Shown one piece after another: positions 1 to 8,346 of a DNA stretch of 58,897 bases; position 1 is the first letter of the stretch, and each line of letters begins with the position of its first letter. Both the position numbers and the translations under genes were made by a program. The notes under the pieces were generated by a model. That model was not told where the DNA came from. It searched no databases and saw nothing but the letters and a program-made list of their open reading frames with translations. This stretch comes from a virus (Duplodnaviria; Caudoviricetes), in IMG/VR virus record IMGVR_UViG_3300021376_000063, positions 1 through 58,897 of that record; one strand, 5' to 3'.

Positions 1-58
1 CCACACAAATGGGGATTTCTTAATATTGTCTTTTTATTTATGTAACAAAAAGTTACAA

Positions 59-226
59 TTATATGATATTCATCATTTTTAGATATCTACGATATGCAGC
101 ATATCTACCAAGTTTGGGTTGGTCTTTGACCCCAAGTTGATGACAGATTTCACAATAACACAAAAACTCGTACCATGGGGTAGTTGGGTCTAACACATGA
201 TATGGGTATTGTTTAGAGTTTTCCAC
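59..226 (-). CDS. Small hypothetical cyanophage protein (55 aa, GTG start; not in ORF track)
   Basis: Hand-translated VENSKQYPYHVLDPTTPWYEFLCYCEICHQLG...MMNII*; fills the gap after ORF 213-449 on the same strand. Confidence 0.55.
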   Translation of the reverse strand: MENSKQYPYHVLDPTTPWYEFLCYCEICHQLGVKDQPKLGRYAAYRRYLKMMNII

Positions 227-449
227 CTACTGTTCCCTCGTATGTTGTGGTAGCAATCCAGCCTTCTTGGCATCCTTTAAGGTAAAATCTGGTTGCATCA
301 ATACAAGTGTTTCTGTGTAATGAGGTGACGAGTTCTTTACCTTTTTTGGAATAAGACCTATAACTTTTCCAACGAGTTTCTTCAACACGGAAAGCATCAT
401 CAATCCAGTCTACTTCAGCTATTTCGGGGTGGTCGTTTGGGTGGTTCAT
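213..449 (-). CDS. Hypothetical cyanophage protein
   Basis: 78-aa ORF, start overlaps the stop of the upstream gene (446-449). Confidence 0.7.
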   Translation of the reverse strand: MNHPNDHPEIAEVDWIDDAFRVEETRWKSYRSYSKKGKELVTSLHRNTCIDATRFYLKGCQEGWIATTTYEGTVGGKL

Positions 450-775
450 TCAAACTCTCCAGTGCGGTTTTTGATTGTGCCTGAGCGATATACGCCCTCA
501 ATTCGGGTGTCTCCACCCATTCCCAGATTGTGCCGTCTTTCTGAGTATAACTTTTCGGAATAGTTTGAATTTTCATAGATTTCTACCTCAACTTTGATTT
601 CTCGATCATTCCAGTGTCTCATCACACCAGCAACAATGAATGCGTTGGTGATAAGATATGTAGCAAAGATAAGAGTGCGAATGATTGCAACCTTATCTGC
701 TTCGTGGTCTTTATTGCTTGCTTTTTGCCCCAGTGACTTCGCCCACCAACGCCATATCATTCGTAGTTGCGACAT
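446..775 (-). CDS. Hypothetical membrane protein
   Basis: WRWWAKSLG..ADKVAIIRTLIF followed by a hydrophobic helix; true start may be ATG at 760. Confidence 0.65.
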   Translation of the reverse strand: MSQLRMIWRWWAKSLGQKASNKDHEADKVAIIRTLIFATYLITNAFIVAGVMRHWNDREIKVEVEIYENSNYSEKLYSERRHNLGMGGDTRIEGVYRSGTIKNRTGEFE

Positions 776-1109
776 AATCAGTTACTTTGTATCGTGTGAT
801 GTGTTTGTGATAGTGGTCGTAGCATTGAAACCAACAAGTTTTCTTGTCGTTGCCATCCTTGTATTCTAAGCGAATAGGGAATCCAGTGTGAGGAAACTTG
901 TCAACATCATTACTAAATTGGATCGAGGAGGTCTTTGATTGGATTTGTGTCTTTGACTGGGATTTGGTCTTTTGAGTTACTGTACGTGGTGTGGCGGATT
1001 TGGTCAGTTTCTCCCATTTCGTGTCGGTCTCTACCTTTGTTGCGATAGGGATTGTTTTCGTCTGCTGCTGTTTCGCAGGCGTCGTAGAAGCTTTTTTCGG
1101 CATAACCAC
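711..1109 (-). CDS. Hypothetical protein
   Basis: Protein-like C-terminal half FPHTGFPIRLEYKDG..TCWFQC; K/T/Q-rich N-terminus overlaps the next ORF, start uncertain. Confidence 0.55.
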   Translation of the reverse strand: MVMPKKASTTPAKQQQTKTIPIATKVETDTKWEKLTKSATPRTVTQKTKSQSKTQIQSKTSSIQFSNDVDKFPHTGFPIRLEYKDGNDKKTCWFQCYDHYHKHITRYKVTDYVATTNDMALVGEVTGAKSKQ

Positions 1110-1257
1110 AGGCTACCATGTAGGATTTAAAGAGTTGCAGAATTTCATGTGCATCAAGGTCTTCGCATTTAGATTGAACGATAATCTCTTGTTGAGGGTA
1201 TCGTTCACCTAAGAATGTGTTGCCCTCGTATTGATAGACAAACTTGTGTAGGGTCAT
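913..1257 (-). CDS. Hypothetical protein
   Basis: 114-aa ORF with ATGA coupling at 1254-1257. Confidence 0.6.
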   Translation of the reverse strand: MTLHKFVYQYEGNTFLGERYPQQEIIVQSKCEDLDAHEILQLFKSYMVACGYAEKSFYDACETAADENNPYRNKGRDRHEMGETDQIRHTTYSNSKDQIPVKDTNPIKDLLDPI

Positions 1258-1427
1258 TCTAGTGTAATTGCAGTGCGTGGTGTTTTCGGTGTGCGGCGGA
1301 TAGATGATGCTTTGAATATTTTAGCAAAGGAAGAGTCCCATACAAGTTCTTCATCTGCCTCTGTCAACGGACCCCAACGGGAGGTAGCAAGTGCTGATTT
1401 GAGTAGTGTTTTAATAAGGTCAATCAT
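1254..1427 (-). CDS. Hypothetical protein (57 aa)
   Basis: Start reassigned to ATG 1427 (ATGA overlap with the upstream stop; downstream of promoter 1455-1483). Confidence 0.55.
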   Translation of the reverse strand: MIDLIKTLLKSALATSRWGPLTEADEELVWDSSFAKIFKASSIRRTPKTPRTAITLE

Positions 1428-1819
1428 CTTCCTGTCACATCGGTGTGCTCCTGTAGTATACCATATCTGAAGTGCAAACGCAAGCGGGGCCAATCTTCCC
1501 ATTTACCTTTCCACTCAGCAGGATATACTTCAATATACTTTGTGATGTAGTGTGGTTGATACTTACCATGCTTTCCAGTTGGAATATATTCATGGTTTCC
1601 CCATTTGATATTAGGATTATACTTTGGATCTCCTTCTTCATATACTTCAAAGGTGTGACAACCAATATAACTTGGATACCACAACTGACCTGCTGGATCT
1701 AACCAATAGTCAGTCATTGTGCCACCAATACCATCTTCAATGTCTTTGGTTTGACACACCGTATTTGTAAACTGCTCGCCCAAATCATATGATGAGCGGA
1801 AATAGTCGAACATGCCCAT
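1424..1819 (-). CDS. Hypothetical phage protein (MGMFDY.. type)
   Basis: MGMFDYFRSSYDLG..CQTKD; TAATG coupling at 1819. Confidence 0.7.
   Translation of the reverse strand: MGMFDYFRSSYDLGEQFTNTVCQTKDIEDGIGGTMTDYWLDPAGQLWYPSYIGCHTFEVYEEGDPKYNPNIKWGNHEYIPTGKHGKYQPHYITKYIEVYPAEWKGKWEDWPRLRLHFRYGILQEHTDVTGR
1455..1483 (-). promoter_or_regulatory. sigma70-like early promoter
   Basis: TTGCGT-17 bp-TATACT, followed by AGGAG and the ORF start at 1427. Confidence 0.55.
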
Positions 1820-2013
1820 TATACATCCCACTCCCTGGCTTCCCAATCCATCAAGCACATGTTAGTTTGCTCCTTGTCAGTGTAGTTATCGTAGGCATAT
1901 TGACGACACTCTTCTTCGGTGCCCTCAAATAGCATTTCATACATTTTGTGGTCTCCATCATAACTAATATTATATAGACCCCACTCATCGTAGCAGTCAG
2001 GAAAGAATGGCAT
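1819..2013 (-). CDS. Hypothetical acidic protein (64 aa)
   Basis: TAATG coupling at 2013. Confidence 0.6.
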   Translation of the reverse strand: MPFFPDCYDEWGLYNISYDGDHKMYEMLFEGTEEECRQYAYDNYTDKEQTNMCLMDWEAREWDV

Positions 2014-2474
2014 TATACCCACCCCGCAAAACTAAAGATGTATGATAGTCCCCATTCTAACGTATGTGGTGGCAATTCGTCAATATGCTCAAATGCAAGA
2101 CGCCTTGCATGTAGAATACGATCTTTACCTACAGCAATCAAATTAGCTTTAGATCCTTTGAGAAACTCATTGAAATCTTCTTGATTATTTTGTTTCGCAC
2201 CAGAGATATACAATCGTCTCATTTCAGTGAAGAGTTCCGCAGTTTCAGGTGCAAATGTAACCACTTTATCTCCTACAGGTATTTCCATACGCTTCATACA
2301 TCCCATAGAGAACTTCATCGCATCTCTGACTTCATCAACAGTCAATGTATCATCATCTCCAGCACGATAGGTGTGTTGAATAATACCATTCGTACATTCA
2401 ATCACTCGCAACAGAGCAATCTTATCTTTTTCTACATCGGGCAGAGCTTCAAATCTCGTTGTCCAGTCAATCAT
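2013..2474 (-). CDS. Hypothetical protein
   Basis: MIDWTTRF...; ATGA overlap at 2471-2474. Confidence 0.7.
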   Translation of the reverse strand: MIDWTTRFEALPDVEKDKIALLRVIECTNGIIQHTYRAGDDDTLTVDEVRDAMKFSMGCMKRMEIPVGDKVVTFAPETAELFTEMRRLYISGAKQNNQEDFNEFLKGSKANLIAVGKDRILHARRLAFEHIDELPPHTLEWGLSYIFSFAGWV

Positions 2475-2629
2475 TGTTCCCATACCATTTGATGTGATAG
2501 TTTGTCTCTTAACTTATTAATTCTTTTATCATCATACTGCTGAAAGTTTCCTTTCTTCTCTATTTTCTTATAATAATGTAAAGCATTAATAATTATACCA
2601 TACTCTTCCATCGTTATATCTAGTTTCAT
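2471..2629 (-). CDS. Small hypothetical protein (52 aa; not in ORF track)
   Basis: Hand-translated MKLDITMEEYGIIINALHYYKK...MVWEQ*; ATGA overlaps at both ends. Confidence 0.65.
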   Translation of the reverse strand: MKLDITMEEYGIIINALHYYKKIEKKGNFQQYDDKRINKLRDKLSHQMVWEQ

Positions 2630-2853
2630 ACTGATAGTTGAATAATTTTAGATGTATCAATAACAGCAAAAAATGCCTGTAGCACAATAACATCCCAGGT
2701 TTTGATTTCAATGGAGAACGGAACCATTACTAAACCACCAATCAAACGAAACCAGCAGCCAGTTTTCATGTCACCATATAAAAGAATAAAGTATCCTATT
2801 ATGAGTAGAATGCTTCCAATAATACGAAGAGATGTTGGTGTTAATTTCATCAC
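2626..2853 (-). CDS. Small multi-pass membrane protein
   Basis: Three hydrophobic segments in 75 aa. Confidence 0.65.
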   Translation of the reverse strand: MMKLTPTSLRIIGSILLIIGYFILLYGDMKTGCWFRLIGGLVMVPFSIEIKTWDVIVLQAFFAVIDTSKIIQLSV

Positions 2854-3035
2854 ATTTTCATTTTTAATACTTGTGCCGTTACTTCTTGTTGTTTCATATA
2901 CAACTTTAACATACCTTTGAGTGAAAGTTGTAGTTCCTCTACATTCTCACAATTATCAATATTTCTTGCTAATTTTTCATACTCAAACATCTTTGATGGA
3001 CTTATGAGTATAATATCATCTGGATTTCCTATCAT
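2850..3035 (-). CDS. NblA-like small helical protein (putative phycobilisome degradation adaptor)
   Basis: 61 aa, helix-loop-helix pattern S..FEYEKLAR.ID....EELQ..LK..LKLYMKQQE resembling NblA size and spacing; function tentative. Confidence 0.4.
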   Translation of the reverse strand: MIGNPDDIILISPSKMFEYEKLARNIDNCENVEELQLSLKGMLKLYMKQQEVTAQVLKMKM

Positions 3036-3169
3036 TTTTTATAAAACTCTATTTTAAGTTGAGTAATGAGTAAATCAAGTTTATCTTCAATACGAGTAAG
3101 TCGTTCCTTAATAGTATCCATACGATACTCATCAATTACTTGTTTTTTTACTGAATAAGGATTAATCAT
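3032..3169 (-). CDS. Small coiled-coil protein (45 aa; not in ORF track)
   Basis: Hand-translated MINPYSVKKQ..IKERLTRIEDKLDLLITQLK..*; ATGA overlaps at both ends. Confidence 0.6.
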   Translation of the reverse strand: MINPYSVKKQVIDEYRMDTIKERLTRIEDKLDLLITQLKIEFYKK

Positions 3170-3354
3170 AGGTAATAAGGTTGTTGAGGGTCTCGGGTCC
3201 ACAGTTTAGTATATACTAGCCATGCTTCTTGTTTGTTATCCATTTCAGCAGACCAGTGCATACCATTCTCATCAATAGCATCAAGGTAATGAATACCTTT
3301 GCGGTCATCAATCACACGAGTGACTGATACAAACTTTACTTTTTCAATAGTCAT
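3166..3354 (-). CDS. Hypothetical protein
   Basis: 62-aa coupled ORF. Confidence 0.65.
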   Translation of the reverse strand: MTIEKVKFVSVTRVIDDRKGIHYLDAIDENGMHWSAEMDNKQEAWLVYTKLWTRDPQQPYYL

Positions 3355-3566
3355 ACGCCGTCTCCTGTTTCATTCCATGGATAGATAGGGAAATCCTCAT
3401 CGTCAAAAGTAAAGTATTCGTAGATTTGAGACATCACTGCCTCTTCAATGTGCTCTATTATAGCACCTTCGGCAGGATTTTCAACATGCTTGTGTGCCCG
3501 TGCATACCCACGACGCACACCCTCTTCAATCGCTTGCTCTAAGATAACACGGATTTTAGGTTTCAT
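3351..3566 (-). CDS. Hypothetical protein
   Basis: MKPKIRVILEQAIEEGVRRGY..; ATGA overlap at 3563-3566. Confidence 0.7.
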   Translation of the reverse strand: MKPKIRVILEQAIEEGVRRGYARAHKHVENPAEGAIIEHIEEAVMSQIYEYFTFDDEDFPIYPWNETGDGV

Positions 3567-3763
3567 AATACCTCCCATTCAGTTTCCCAGTGACAATCAT
3601 CACTTACATTGACCCAGAAGAAGTATTTGCCATTCTCAGAAGCGAGAAACAGCATACCATCTCCTTTGTCCTGCTCAACAACACAGATAGGATTACCATC
3701 CATCATGTTAGCAAGGCGATTCTTTGCCTTGCTGGATTTAGGTTTTACAGTGACTCGTCTCAT
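3563..3763 (-). CDS. Hypothetical protein
   Basis: MRRVTVKPKSSKAKNRLAN..; first ATG after promoter 3784-3812. Confidence 0.7.
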   Translation of the reverse strand: MRRVTVKPKSSKAKNRLANMMDGNPICVVEQDKGDGMLFLASENGKYFFWVNVSDDCHWETEWEVL

Positions 3764-3783
3764 TGTTTTATGTATTTGAATAC

Positions 3784-3812
3784 AATATAGCACCGCTCAA
3801 CGGTGGTGTCAA
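3784..3812 (-). promoter_or_regulatory. sigma70-like early promoter
   Basis: TTGACA-17 bp-TATATT. Confidence 0.75.
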
Positions 3813-3833
3813 GCGGTGTTTCATAAGCATTGC

Positions 3834-4061
3834 TTATCGTTTTTTCTTTTTCTTTTTCTTTGGTTCTTTATGGTCTAGAACCTCAATGTGGCTTAAAAAA
3901 TGACCACCACGCTCAAACCACCTACGCTGTACATCTTCATAATTATCAAAGATAACAAATTCGCCAGTGCTCGATACTAATTTATAATCGTGACGAAGAT
4001 AGGGTTCGTCAGATGTTTGTGTGAAGTAACGTGGGTCGGATTTATCAATGAGTTGTGTCAT
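3834..4061 (-). CDS. Hypothetical protein
   Basis: 75 aa with a poly-Lys C-terminus. Confidence 0.7.
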   Translation of the reverse strand: MTQLIDKSDPRYFTQTSDEPYLRHDYKLVSSTGEFVIFDNYEDVQRRWFERGGHFLSHIEVLDHKEPKKKKKKKR

Positions 4062-4477
4062 AATGTAAAAAATACTGAAAAATCTGTTAACTCTTCCAAT
4101 TTATTTACTGATACAGATAATTTAACTTTGCCAGTTTTATTTACTATATCAGTCATTTTAGCATAACGCAAGCATTCGTATCCAGTAGCTCCTTCATGGT
4201 CATGTGCTACTAAAAAATCAAAACTATTTTCTGTATAGTTGCCAACTCCTTTATTTTTCTTTCTACGCAAATCTAATCGCCATGGATTTTGATTTTCTCC
4301 ACGATTGTAATTAAATCTTTTTACCTGCACTTTTTTACCATTTGGCAAAATAAAATCAGCACCACTATCTAAATGATGCTCGGCAAGAGTATAACTACAA
4401 TCTGGTGCCCAATCATAGTATTTGTATAAAAAATATGCTTCGCTTGATTTTCCTTTTGTGCGATGTTGAGTAGTCAT
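4058..4477 (-). CDS. PD-(D/E)XK endonuclease, I-Ssp6803I/PDDEXK_5-like (putative free-standing homing endonuclease)
   Basis: KG.SSE helix, ADFI, KVQVK, LRR...Y.ENSFDFL motifs; more AT-rich than neighbours. Confidence 0.65.
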   Translation of the reverse strand: MTTQHRTKGKSSEAYFLYKYYDWAPDCSYTLAEHHLDSGADFILPNGKKVQVKRFNYNRGENQNPWRLDLRRKKNKGVGNYTENSFDFLVAHDHEGATGYECLRYAKMTDIVNKTGKVKLSVSVNKLEELTDFSVFFTL

Positions 4478-4884
4478 GGGTATCTGCCAACAATCTCAAC
4501 AGTATAACGAATCTGCCCACCAAATCCAGTGAATGATGAATCTATTTCAGCAGAGATACTAGCAACAGTTGCTCTACTATTTCCTACATCTTCTAATACT
4601 TTATTAAACTGCTGCTCTGCTGATGTTTGATTAGGGAGACAAAAGCTTTTAGTATTTGATGTAAATGTATTTGGATTGACACAGGTGATACCATTAGAAA
4701 TATATGCTGGATTGAGATTCAGCACACTGCTATTAACATAACTACCAGATGGAATGTTAGTATCACCCATATTACCAAAACTGATTACATCTTGCCCTTC
4801 ACCACCAGCAAGCTGCTCAATCAATCCACCTTCTTTTGGTTTCTTACCATATACTTCTTCAAACTTTTCAATCAATGGATTCAT
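4474..4884 (-). CDS. Hypothetical protein
   Basis: 136-aa coupled ORF. Confidence 0.65.
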   Translation of the reverse strand: MNPLIEKFEEVYGKKPKEGGLIEQLAGGEGQDVISFGNMGDTNIPSGSYVNSSVLNLNPAYISNGITCVNPNTFTSNTKSFCLPNQTSAEQQFNKVLEDVGNSRATVASISAEIDSSFTGFGGQIRYTVEIVGRYP

Positions 4885-5155
4885 ATTTTGATTCTCCTCT
4901 GCGATACCATTCTAAGTTGCGTGGTTTGAAATGTAATAGGTTGAAGCGAATCTCAAACTTTCTGTATCTGATTGAGATACCAAATAAGTCATGTGGACCG
5001 ATGCCAAGCAGAATAGTTGGAAACCATTCAGTAGCAGGAAACTCATCCCATTGCACTACACAATCAATGAATGCAAACTTAGGATATGCTGAGAGCACTT
5101 GGAAATACCATTCGTGCCCATAATCTTCGTAGTAGACGTAATCAAAGAGTTTCAT
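4868..5155 (-). CDS. Hypothetical aromatic-rich protein
   Basis: 95-aa coupled ORF. Confidence 0.65.
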   Translation of the reverse strand: MKLFDYVYYEDYGHEWYFQVLSAYPKFAFIDCVVQWDEFPATEWFPTILLGIGPHDLFGISIRYRKFEIRFNLLHFKPRNLEWYRRGESKYESID

Positions 5156-5469
5156 TTGTCTTTACCATTGAGAATCTTGTCAGCATCAGGGCGATAGAAA
5201 TCCATTGGTTTATTCTTACCAAGCAACATCAGCACATATCCTTCAAAATCAGTAGAATCTGATTCGTAGATGACATGACCGAAGTTATTATCACTCTCGG
5301 TATAGTTACCAAGAAAGTCAGCAAAGGTTAGAAAGATTGCCATAGCACGAGCTTTGTCATGCTGAGTGATTGCAGTGTGTGGATGTGCCACAATACGAGT
5401 GATACAATCAAACAACTCTTCTTTGGTATAGGAGAATGCTTTGGCGTTTTCGTCAAGTTTGTAGGTCAT
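5152..5469 (-). CDS. Hypothetical protein
   Basis: Start reassigned to MTYKLDEN (5469) to reduce overlap. Confidence 0.65.
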   Translation of the reverse strand: MTYKLDENAKAFSYTKEELFDCITRIVAHPHTAITQHDKARAMAIFLTFADFLGNYTESDNNFGHVIYESDSTDFEGYVLMLLGKNKPMDFYRPDADKILNGKDK

Positions 5470-5653
5470 CGTCAATCTTCTCAAATTCTTCAAATTGGTC
5501 AACAGATACTTCATGCTCACCGCCGACAAGATACCAGTGTTTGCCATCTTCTCGGATACCAAGATATTTCATCTGGTCTTCATCAAATACATTTTCTCTC
5601 ATTGCTGCCTGAATCTTATAGTGAATAAGATCCGACTTACTTGGCGTCATCAT
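5453..5653 (-). CDS. Hypothetical protein
   Basis: MMTPSKSDLIHYKIQAAMRE..HWYLVG. Confidence 0.65.
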   Translation of the reverse strand: MMTPSKSDLIHYKIQAAMRENVFDEDQMKYLGIREDGKHWYLVGGEHEVSVDQFEEFEKIDDDLQT

Positions 5654-5840
5654 TAACCCATTCCTCATAGCGTGTTTGGATTCTACCATCATTCAGAAAA
5701 ATATTCAAGTGTCCTATGCTACCGTTTTCCAAATAGAATGCCATCCATACATGACGACCTTCTTCCATCACCTCATAGTGATACATTTTGATGTCATCAA
5801 GGACAAATTCATCTGGATTGTAAAGCTCTTTGTCAGTCAT
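5637..5840 (-). CDS. Hypothetical protein
   Basis: MTDKELYNPDEFVLDD..HYEVMEEGRHVW; start 2 nt after the upstream stop. Confidence 0.65.
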   Translation of the reverse strand: MTDKELYNPDEFVLDDIKMYHYEVMEEGRHVWMAFYLENGSIGHLNIFLNDGRIQTRYEEWVNDDAK

Positions 5841-5842
5841 AA

Positions 5843-6481
5843 TTAAGCAAAGTTGTAATGCACTCGGGTGTGGAATTCTTTGAAGCAACTCTTATTAGAA
5901 AGTTTCATCATCACGGGAGGAATATAATAGGCACATTCGGTAAAGAAATCTTCTCTGGAGAGAAACTTTAAACCATACAACATCCAAGTGCCAAACTCTT
6001 CATGAAACTTTCTCACAGCACGATATTGCTTGGAGTTGATAGGCACATAGCGATTGTCTTCAGTAAAGTCATCCCCATATGGTGATGCCTGTGTCATCAT
6101 AATACAGGTAGTTTGACCTTCGCCAGTGCCGTAGTATTCACCAATCATATACACCCAGTATTCATTAACTGGGAATACATCACGACAATACTTCTGCTCA
6201 TACTCTTCCATACAGGCATCAGCAACCAGTTGGAAGTTTTCTTTCTTCTTTGCCTCTAGTTCTGCTTTGAGTTGTTCCTTTTCTGTTTTAGCAAGCTCTT
6301 TGAGAGCATCGGAATACTGACCGATACCAGCAACAGCAGTTTGAATCACTTTAATCCTTTCGTCTTCAGAAAGTTTCTTCATACCTTCATCATTCTCCTT
6401 ATAGAGTTTATCGAGTGCTTCCAATGCTTTGTTTTCTGCTTCTCGTTGTGCGGCAACTTCAAGCATTTCTTCGTGTGTCAT
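5843..6481 (-). CDS. Hypothetical protein with N-terminal coiled coil
   Basis: 212 aa, E/K-rich helical N-terminus. Confidence 0.7.
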   Translation of the reverse strand: MTHEEMLEVAAQREAENKALEALDKLYKENDEGMKKLSEDERIKVIQTAVAGIGQYSDALKELAKTEKEQLKAELEAKKKENFQLVADACMEEYEQKYCRDVFPVNEYWVYMIGEYYGTGEGQTTCIMMTQASPYGDDFTEDNRYVPINSKQYRAVRKFHEEFGTWMLYGLKFLSREDFFTECAYYIPPVMMKLSNKSCFKEFHTRVHYNFA

Positions 6482-6761
6482 GTGTCACCTCAAAACATAC
6501 TGAGTTAAACTTTTGTTTTAGCACACCACGTAATTCAATCCTAGTGTGCTGTGAATGCACTTCTACATGCTCTACATAGTATTTGTCACCTACGATTAGG
6601 ATACCAGTTGGGTCATCGTTGTTGCCCCATCTAACCTGCTCTGGTGAGCATCCTAGAAACTTTACTGTATCACCTGCTCTGATATCCATACGTTTTGCCC
6701 ATCCTAGATTTGGCCACGTATCTCTATATATTTTATTGAGTTTTTCGTTGTCATAAAACAT
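6459..6761 (-). CDS. Hypothetical protein
   Basis: ..GDTVKFLGCSPEQVRWGNNDDP..FNSVCF; start reassigned to 6761. Confidence 0.65.
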   Translation of the reverse strand: MFYDNEKLNKIYRDTWPNLGWAKRMDIRAGDTVKFLGCSPEQVRWGNNDDPTGILIVGDKYYVEHVEVHSQHTRIELRGVLKQKFNSVCFEVTHDTRRNA

Positions 6762-6765
6762 CGCA

Positions 6766-7953
6766 TTACCTGAAACATTCCCATTCATCAATATATTTTT
6801 GTTTACACTCATTAAAGTTTTTCCCAGATAAACCATAATAAATGTCTCGCCCAGCAATATGTTCGAATATACCAATTTGCGAATAATTTCTATTATGAAA
6901 ATAATCTGTCATAATGGCATTTTCGTAAGTTTCTTCTCGTCCTAGAGAATGAGACTGCAATAAGATATTAGCATCTTTTTTCACTCTTGTCCAGTAGTCA
7001 GTATCATAGATAGACCCAAACCTATAATGCATTGCCAAAGAAAGTTGATATGTCCAAAATTCTTTCCGATATAGATGATTACATTCAATATATGAAGTTA
7101 CATTTCCCCTTTTTAAGTAGTCAGTAATTAATTCCGCTGCATAGTCATAATAATGTAAAGTCAGTGCTTGTAATGGCTCATGAAAAAATAATCGATTGCC
7201 ATTGTAAGCACAAAACTTGTTGATAATTAATTTTTTAGAATACTTAGGAGTCCAATCAATTTGACCATTGATTTCATACCCCTCTAACTTTTTAATTACT
7301 TCTTCTTTAGTAATTAAATTTCTATCATAAAGATATCCACATTTTGTTTTATTTTCTTTTGGAAATGGTAATCCAAACTGCCACCCGTCTTCAGTAGCTC
7401 TATGAATAGTATATGTGGCATCTACGTCTAGACTGTTTTGTGTATATAAAACTGCCGAATTAACTGTATTCAAATAGACAGGATAGTATTCATCTTCTTC
7501 CGACCATCCAGTGCAATAAATGATAAAATTAAATTGTCTATTGTTAACTACAATGTATTGGTTATTGATTACTTCATGTGAATCAACTCTTTCTGGAATA
7601 TACTCTACTAACTTTCTTTTTTCTAATTCATCATTTATAAATGAGTTGAATTTAATAGTATCGAATTGAAATGCAATATGATGCTCAAAGTTACTGTAAA
7701 ACTCTTTGCCAACCCCCCAATTAATAAATTTTACTCCTGTTTTCAATGAGCAAATTCCTCTTTCACACAATTCAGCTGTGTTGATTTTCAACACTTTATT
7801 AATTAGTTTACCTATTCCAACTGTGGTAGACTCACCAACTTTAAGATGTGGAATATTAGGATCATAAAATATAGTTGGAGAGTGTCCCTCCGATATCAAT
7901 CTAAGTGCTGTAATAATCGCAGATGTGCCTTTACCAACTATAGCTACTTTCAT
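6766..7953 (-). CDS. Flavin-dependent (tryptophan halogenase family) oxidoreductase
   Basis: N-terminal VAIVGKGTSA dinucleotide motif, VGEST, SLKTGVKFINWG (conserved Lys), GWQFGLP, FFHEPLQA, YDTDYW. Confidence 0.8.
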   Translation of the reverse strand: MKVAIVGKGTSAIITALRLISEGHSPTIFYDPNIPHLKVGESTTVGIGKLINKVLKINTAELCERGICSLKTGVKFINWGVGKEFYSNFEHHIAFQFDTIKFNSFINDELEKRKLVEYIPERVDSHEVINNQYIVVNNRQFNFIIYCTGWSEEDEYYPVYLNTVNSAVLYTQNSLDVDATYTIHRATEDGWQFGLPFPKENKTKCGYLYDRNLITKEEVIKKLEGYEINGQIDWTPKYSKKLIINKFCAYNGNRLFFHEPLQALTLHYYDYAAELITDYLKRGNVTSYIECNHLYRKEFWTYQLSLAMHYRFGSIYDTDYWTRVKKDANILLQSHSLGREETYENAIMTDYFHNRNYSQIGIFEHIAGRDIYYGLSGKNFNECKQKYIDEWECFR

Positions 7954-8162
7954 GAATTTTGATTATATGTGAGAGGGTGATACTTCAGATACTCAAAGAA
8001 TGTCAGTTTCATTTCTTTCTGTGTCATGCCACAATGTTTAGCGGCAGCAGGAAGTGTCATAGTGCAGTTAAACAACCCTTCGTTTGCCTCTTTGACATTC
8101 TCTGGGGTTGTTTTGACTGGCACTTCATATAATGCTGCTTTATTGATTTTTAGTAGACTCAT
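7950..8162 (-). CDS. Hypothetical protein, possible helix-turn-helix
   Basis: MTLPAAAKHCGMTQKEMK pattern. Confidence 0.65.
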   Translation of the reverse strand: MSLLKINKAALYEVPVKTTPENVKEANEGLFNCTMTLPAAAKHCGMTQKEMKLTFFEYLKYHPLTYNQNS

Positions 8163-8346
8163 CTTTCATATTGTCAAGTGTGTCAAAGAGTTTGTCGATT
8201 GTCTTGAGTTTGTCGATGTCACACATCAACTCAGAAATACATTTAGCTACTACAGGTCGCTCATTTCGTGCTGCAAATGCAAGTGCATTACGCATTGCTG
8301 CTTGTGCTTCATCGAGCGATTCTTCTACTTGTTTGGATAATGCCAT
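8140..8346 (-). CDS. Hypothetical protein
   Basis: MALSKQVEESLDEA..RNALAFAARNE. Confidence 0.7.
   Translation of the reverse strand: MALSKQVEESLDEAQAAMRNALAFAARNERPVVAKCISELMCDIDKLKTIDKLFDTLDNMKDESTKNQ

Noticed and set aside
41-57. NtcA binding site
   Set aside because: GTA-TAC spacing is 9 nt, not 8
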